The notes beneath the pieces were generated by a model. It was not told the DNA's origin, made no database searches, and saw only the letters and a list, made by a program, of their open reading frames with translations. A stretch of 32,000 nucleotides of DNA, taken from assembly GCF_029029525.1 (NCBI RefSeq), contig NZ_JAKJSC010000001.1:1802987-1834986 (forward strand), read 5' to 3'. The position numbers were made by a program, and so were the translations under genes. This document shows positions 29,597 through 32,000 of the stretch, one piece after another (the first letter of the stretch is position 1; each line of letters opens with the position of its first letter). The DNA is from Paralabilibaculum antarcticum (GTDB lineage Bacteria > Bacteroidota > Bacteroidia > Bacteroidales > Marinifilaceae).

Positions 29597-32000
29597 TTAG
29601 AATCCTACCTTCATTCCGAACGTAAGTGTTTTGGTTTTTGGATAAACATCGTACATATCTAAACCAAGGTTTTCGTAACCTCCGTAACTTGATTCCGGAT
29701 CGATACCAGAATAGTTTGTAAGGGTAAACAGGTTATTAGAACTAATATAAAAACGACATTTGCTTAACCAACTAACCTTATCAACATTTAAACTGTATCC
29801 TAAAGTGATGTTGTCAAGACGAAGGAATGAACCATCTTCAATATAATAATCAGAGAATTTTGGTGCATCAGACAAGATCGGAGCAAGAGTTAAAGCATCC
29901 TTCAAAGCATTTCGATTTGGAAGCATACTAGGATTACCCAAAATCATTCTAGTAACATTCAATACATCTCCTCCAACAATAGCTCGAAGCGAAAATCCCA
30001 GATCCCAATTTTTATAGGTAAACTGATTTGTCCAACTCATTGTAAAATCAGGAAGAGCTTGTCCAATTACTTGTCGATCTTCGTCTCTTTGATCTTTAGT
30101 AATATTTCCATCCTTATCGTAAAACAACCATTGTCCATTCTGATCAATACCAGCATGTTTCCATCCATAGAAAGTTCCTAATTCGCGACCAGGCTCAATT
30201 AATTGAGTCCATACACCAACCATTCCTCTACCACTAATCCACGATGCGTGCATGTTGTCTAATGAATAGTTATCGTCGGATAAGGATACTACTTCCTGCT
30301 TGTTCACAGAAAAAGAATAGGTCGATTTCCAAGTGAACTTATCTGTTCGAATTGGATTTGCAGTAAGGTTAATCTCCAAACCTTTATTGGAAATCTCTCC
30401 TGCATTTGCGTAAATACTTTCAAAACGATTTGGAGGAACTGGTACTGCATATTGCGCTAGCAAATCATCAGTCGTTTTATTATAGTAATCGATCGATCCT
30501 GTTAGTTTGTTATTAAAAATGGAGAAATCAAGACCAAAATTCCACTCGCGATTCTCTTCCCATTTTAAATCAGGATTTGCATTACTAGATTGCTGAATCA
30601 CTAAAGTTTCTTCTCCCGTTGTTGGATCTAATGTTCTGCCACCTGTGCTAATTCTAGCAATATCATGGTAATTTCCAATTTCTTGATTTCCGGTAACTCC
30701 AAAACCAACTCGAAGCTTCAATTGATCAAGCCAATCGGCATCATCCAAAAAACTTTCGCTCGAAACATCCCAAGCCGAAGAAAAAGACGGAAACCATCCC
30801 CATTCATTATTGTCTCCAAATCGAGAAGAACCATCACGACGAATTGTAGCTGTGAAATAATATTTTGAATCAAAATTGTAAACAGCTCTACCGATAAAGG
30901 AAATTAGGCGACTTCTTTCTTTCCATGACTCAATATCCTGAGGAAGTACGTCGTTTGCAAATCGTAAATTATTAGCTCCTACCTCATCCGAAAGAAAATC
31001 TCTTCCTTGTGCAGCTAAGCTGGTAGATTTATCTTCTTGCCAAGAGTAGCCACCCAAAAGATTTACATTGTGCTTTTCTTTAAATACTTTATTGTATTTT
31101 ATCGTTGTCTCAATCATCTTGGTTTCAGAATTATTATAGCCTCTGCGGCCATAACCTCCATCACTAGATGAAATTTGATAAGATGGACGAAAGAAAATCG
31201 TTTCATCATCATCTTTTCGATAACTTACATTCACACCAGCAATCAAGCCATCAGTAATCTCAAAATCGGCCTTTGCATTTGCCAAATACCTTTTGGCATC
31301 TCGCTCGTTTGTAAGCTGATCAATTAAGGCTCTTGGATTTGAATTTTCGAAATCATTAACTTCAAAAAATGACCCGTCTTCATTATAAACTGGATAGGTA
31401 GGATTTCGAGAAAAAGTTTGAAATAAAACAGCTTCCCCGTTATTGCCATTGGTTTGCACATAATTGTTATTCTCAAAAGTTCCTGATAAACTCAAATTCA
31501 AAGTCAATCGATCATTAATACCCTTCTGAGTAGCATTTAAACGCATAATTGCTCGTTCTCTGCTCGTTCCTCTTAAAACACCTTCAAAATTGTCATAACC
31601 AATACTTGCTCTGTAATTGTGATCATTACCACCACCACTCATTGCAATATTGTGAGATTGTGTTTTGCCTGTTCTAAATGTTTCGTCCTGCCAATCAGTA
31701 TTAGCACCTCGATCATCAAAAGATAAAGCATTATCGCTTGCATATTTTCGAATATCATTAGCGCTTAACAAAGCTAGATCATTGGCCACCTTATCGGTAG
31801 AAATATAACCACTGTAAGAGATTTTTCCTTTCTGATTAAATTTCCCTTTTTTGGTAGTAATAATAATTACACCTGTAGCACCTCGAGAACCATAAATTGC
31901 CGCTGAAGATGCATCTTTCAAGACATTAAACGATTCAATATCTTCAGCGGAAATGGTTGTAGGATCAACACCTGGAACTCCATCAACAACATACAATGGA
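29597..32000 (-). CDS. susC: SusC/RagA-type TonB-dependent transporter, C-terminal ~800 codons (5' end beyond the window end)
   Basis: The plug motif ...[10 protein letters not shown]...[33 protein letters not shown] is present, followed by a long beta-barrel ending in the aromatic terminus [10 protein letters not shown]. The 'M' at 31996 in the ORF track is a TTG (Leu) codon. The frame stays open to position 32000 (next codon is CCA, Pro), so the gene is truncated by the window. Confidence 0.93.
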   Translation of the reverse strand, partial: PLYVVDGVPGVDPTTISAEDIESFNVLKDASSAAIYGSRGATGVIIITTKKGKFNQKGKISYSGYISTDKVANDLALLSANDIRKYASDNALSFDDRGANTDWQDETFRTGKTQSHNIAMSGGGNDHNYRASIGYDNFEGVLRGTSRERAIMRLNATQKGINDRLTLNLSLSGTFENNNYVQTNGNNGEAVLFQTFSRNPTYPVYNEDGSFFEVNDFENSNPRALIDQLTNERDAKRYLANAKADFEITDGLIAGVNVSYRKDDDETIFFRPSYQISSSDGGYGRRGYNNSETKMIETTIKYNKVFKEKHNVNLLGGYSWQEDKSTSLAAQGRDFLSDEVGANNLRFANDVLPQDIESWKERSRLISFIGRAVYNFDSKYYFTATIRRDGSSRFGDNNEWGWFPSFSSAWDVSSESFLDDADWLDQLKLRVGFGVTGNQEIGNYHDIARISTGGRTLDPTTGEETLVIQQSSNANPDLKWEENREWNFGLDFSIFNNKLTGSIDYYNKTTDDLLAQYAVPVPPNRFESIYANAGEISNKGLEINLTANPIRTDKFTWKSTYSFSVNKQEVVSLSDDNYSLDNMHASWISGRGMVGVWTQLIEPGRELGTFYGWKHAGIDQNGQWLFYDKDGNITKDQRDEDRQVIGQALPDFTMSWTNQFTYKNWDLGFSLRAIVGGDVLNVTRMILGNPSMLPNRNALKDALTLAPILSDAPKFSDYYIEDGSFLRLDNITLGYSLNVDKVSWLSKCRFYISSNNLFTLTNYSGIDPESSYGGYENLGLDMYDVYPKTKTLTFGMKVGF

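Noticed and set aside
31994-31996. Apparent Met start of the SusC ORF in the supplied track.
   Set aside because: The codon is TTG (plus-strand caa), and the preceding codon is CCA (Pro), giving ...PLYVVDGVP, an internal TonB-dependent-receptor plug motif. The true start, with its signal peptide and N-terminal extension, lies beyond the window.

Overview
The window looks like ordinary chromosomal DNA from an AT-rich member of the Bacteroidota. The evidence is SusC/SusD genes, lipoprotein signal peptides ending in a Cys lipobox, GH97, a tricorn-like protease and a split LysO. This placement is by eye, with no composition calculation or database search.

Gene order, left to right:
- Minus-strand tripartite RND efflux operon: adaptor, then pump, then a TolC-like gene that runs off the left edge. 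That last gene is absent from the ORF track.
- A small YbeD/DUF493-like gene.
- A two-ORF LysO-type exporter.
- A plus-strand four-gene block: Xaa-Pro aminopeptidase, S28/S37-like serine peptidase, GH2 beta-galactosidase, GH63-like lipoprotein.
- A large M16 zinc peptidase.
- A flotillin/NfeD operon.
- A small unknown membrane protein.
- A tricorn-type S41 protease.
- A compact polysaccharide-utilisation locus (SusC, SusD, SusE/F-like, GH97) that runs off the right edge.

I found no tRNA, rRNA, CRISPR array, transposase, integrase or recognisable defence gene. I do not see a convincing novel system, and nearly every long ORF has a confident family assignment.

The best leads are modest:
- A dense CAGTA/TACTG (AATCAGTAA) repeat array upstream of the M16 peptidase.
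- Two near-identical terminator hairpins in direct orientation that bracket the 3-kb flotillin/NfeD/unknown-membrane-protein module.
- An unknown membrane protein with an internally duplicated K-x-x-H-x-P-F hairpin motif that recalls PorL/GldL.
- A speculative reading of the peptidase plus GH2 plus GH63 block as a glycopeptide (Glc-Gal type) salvage module.
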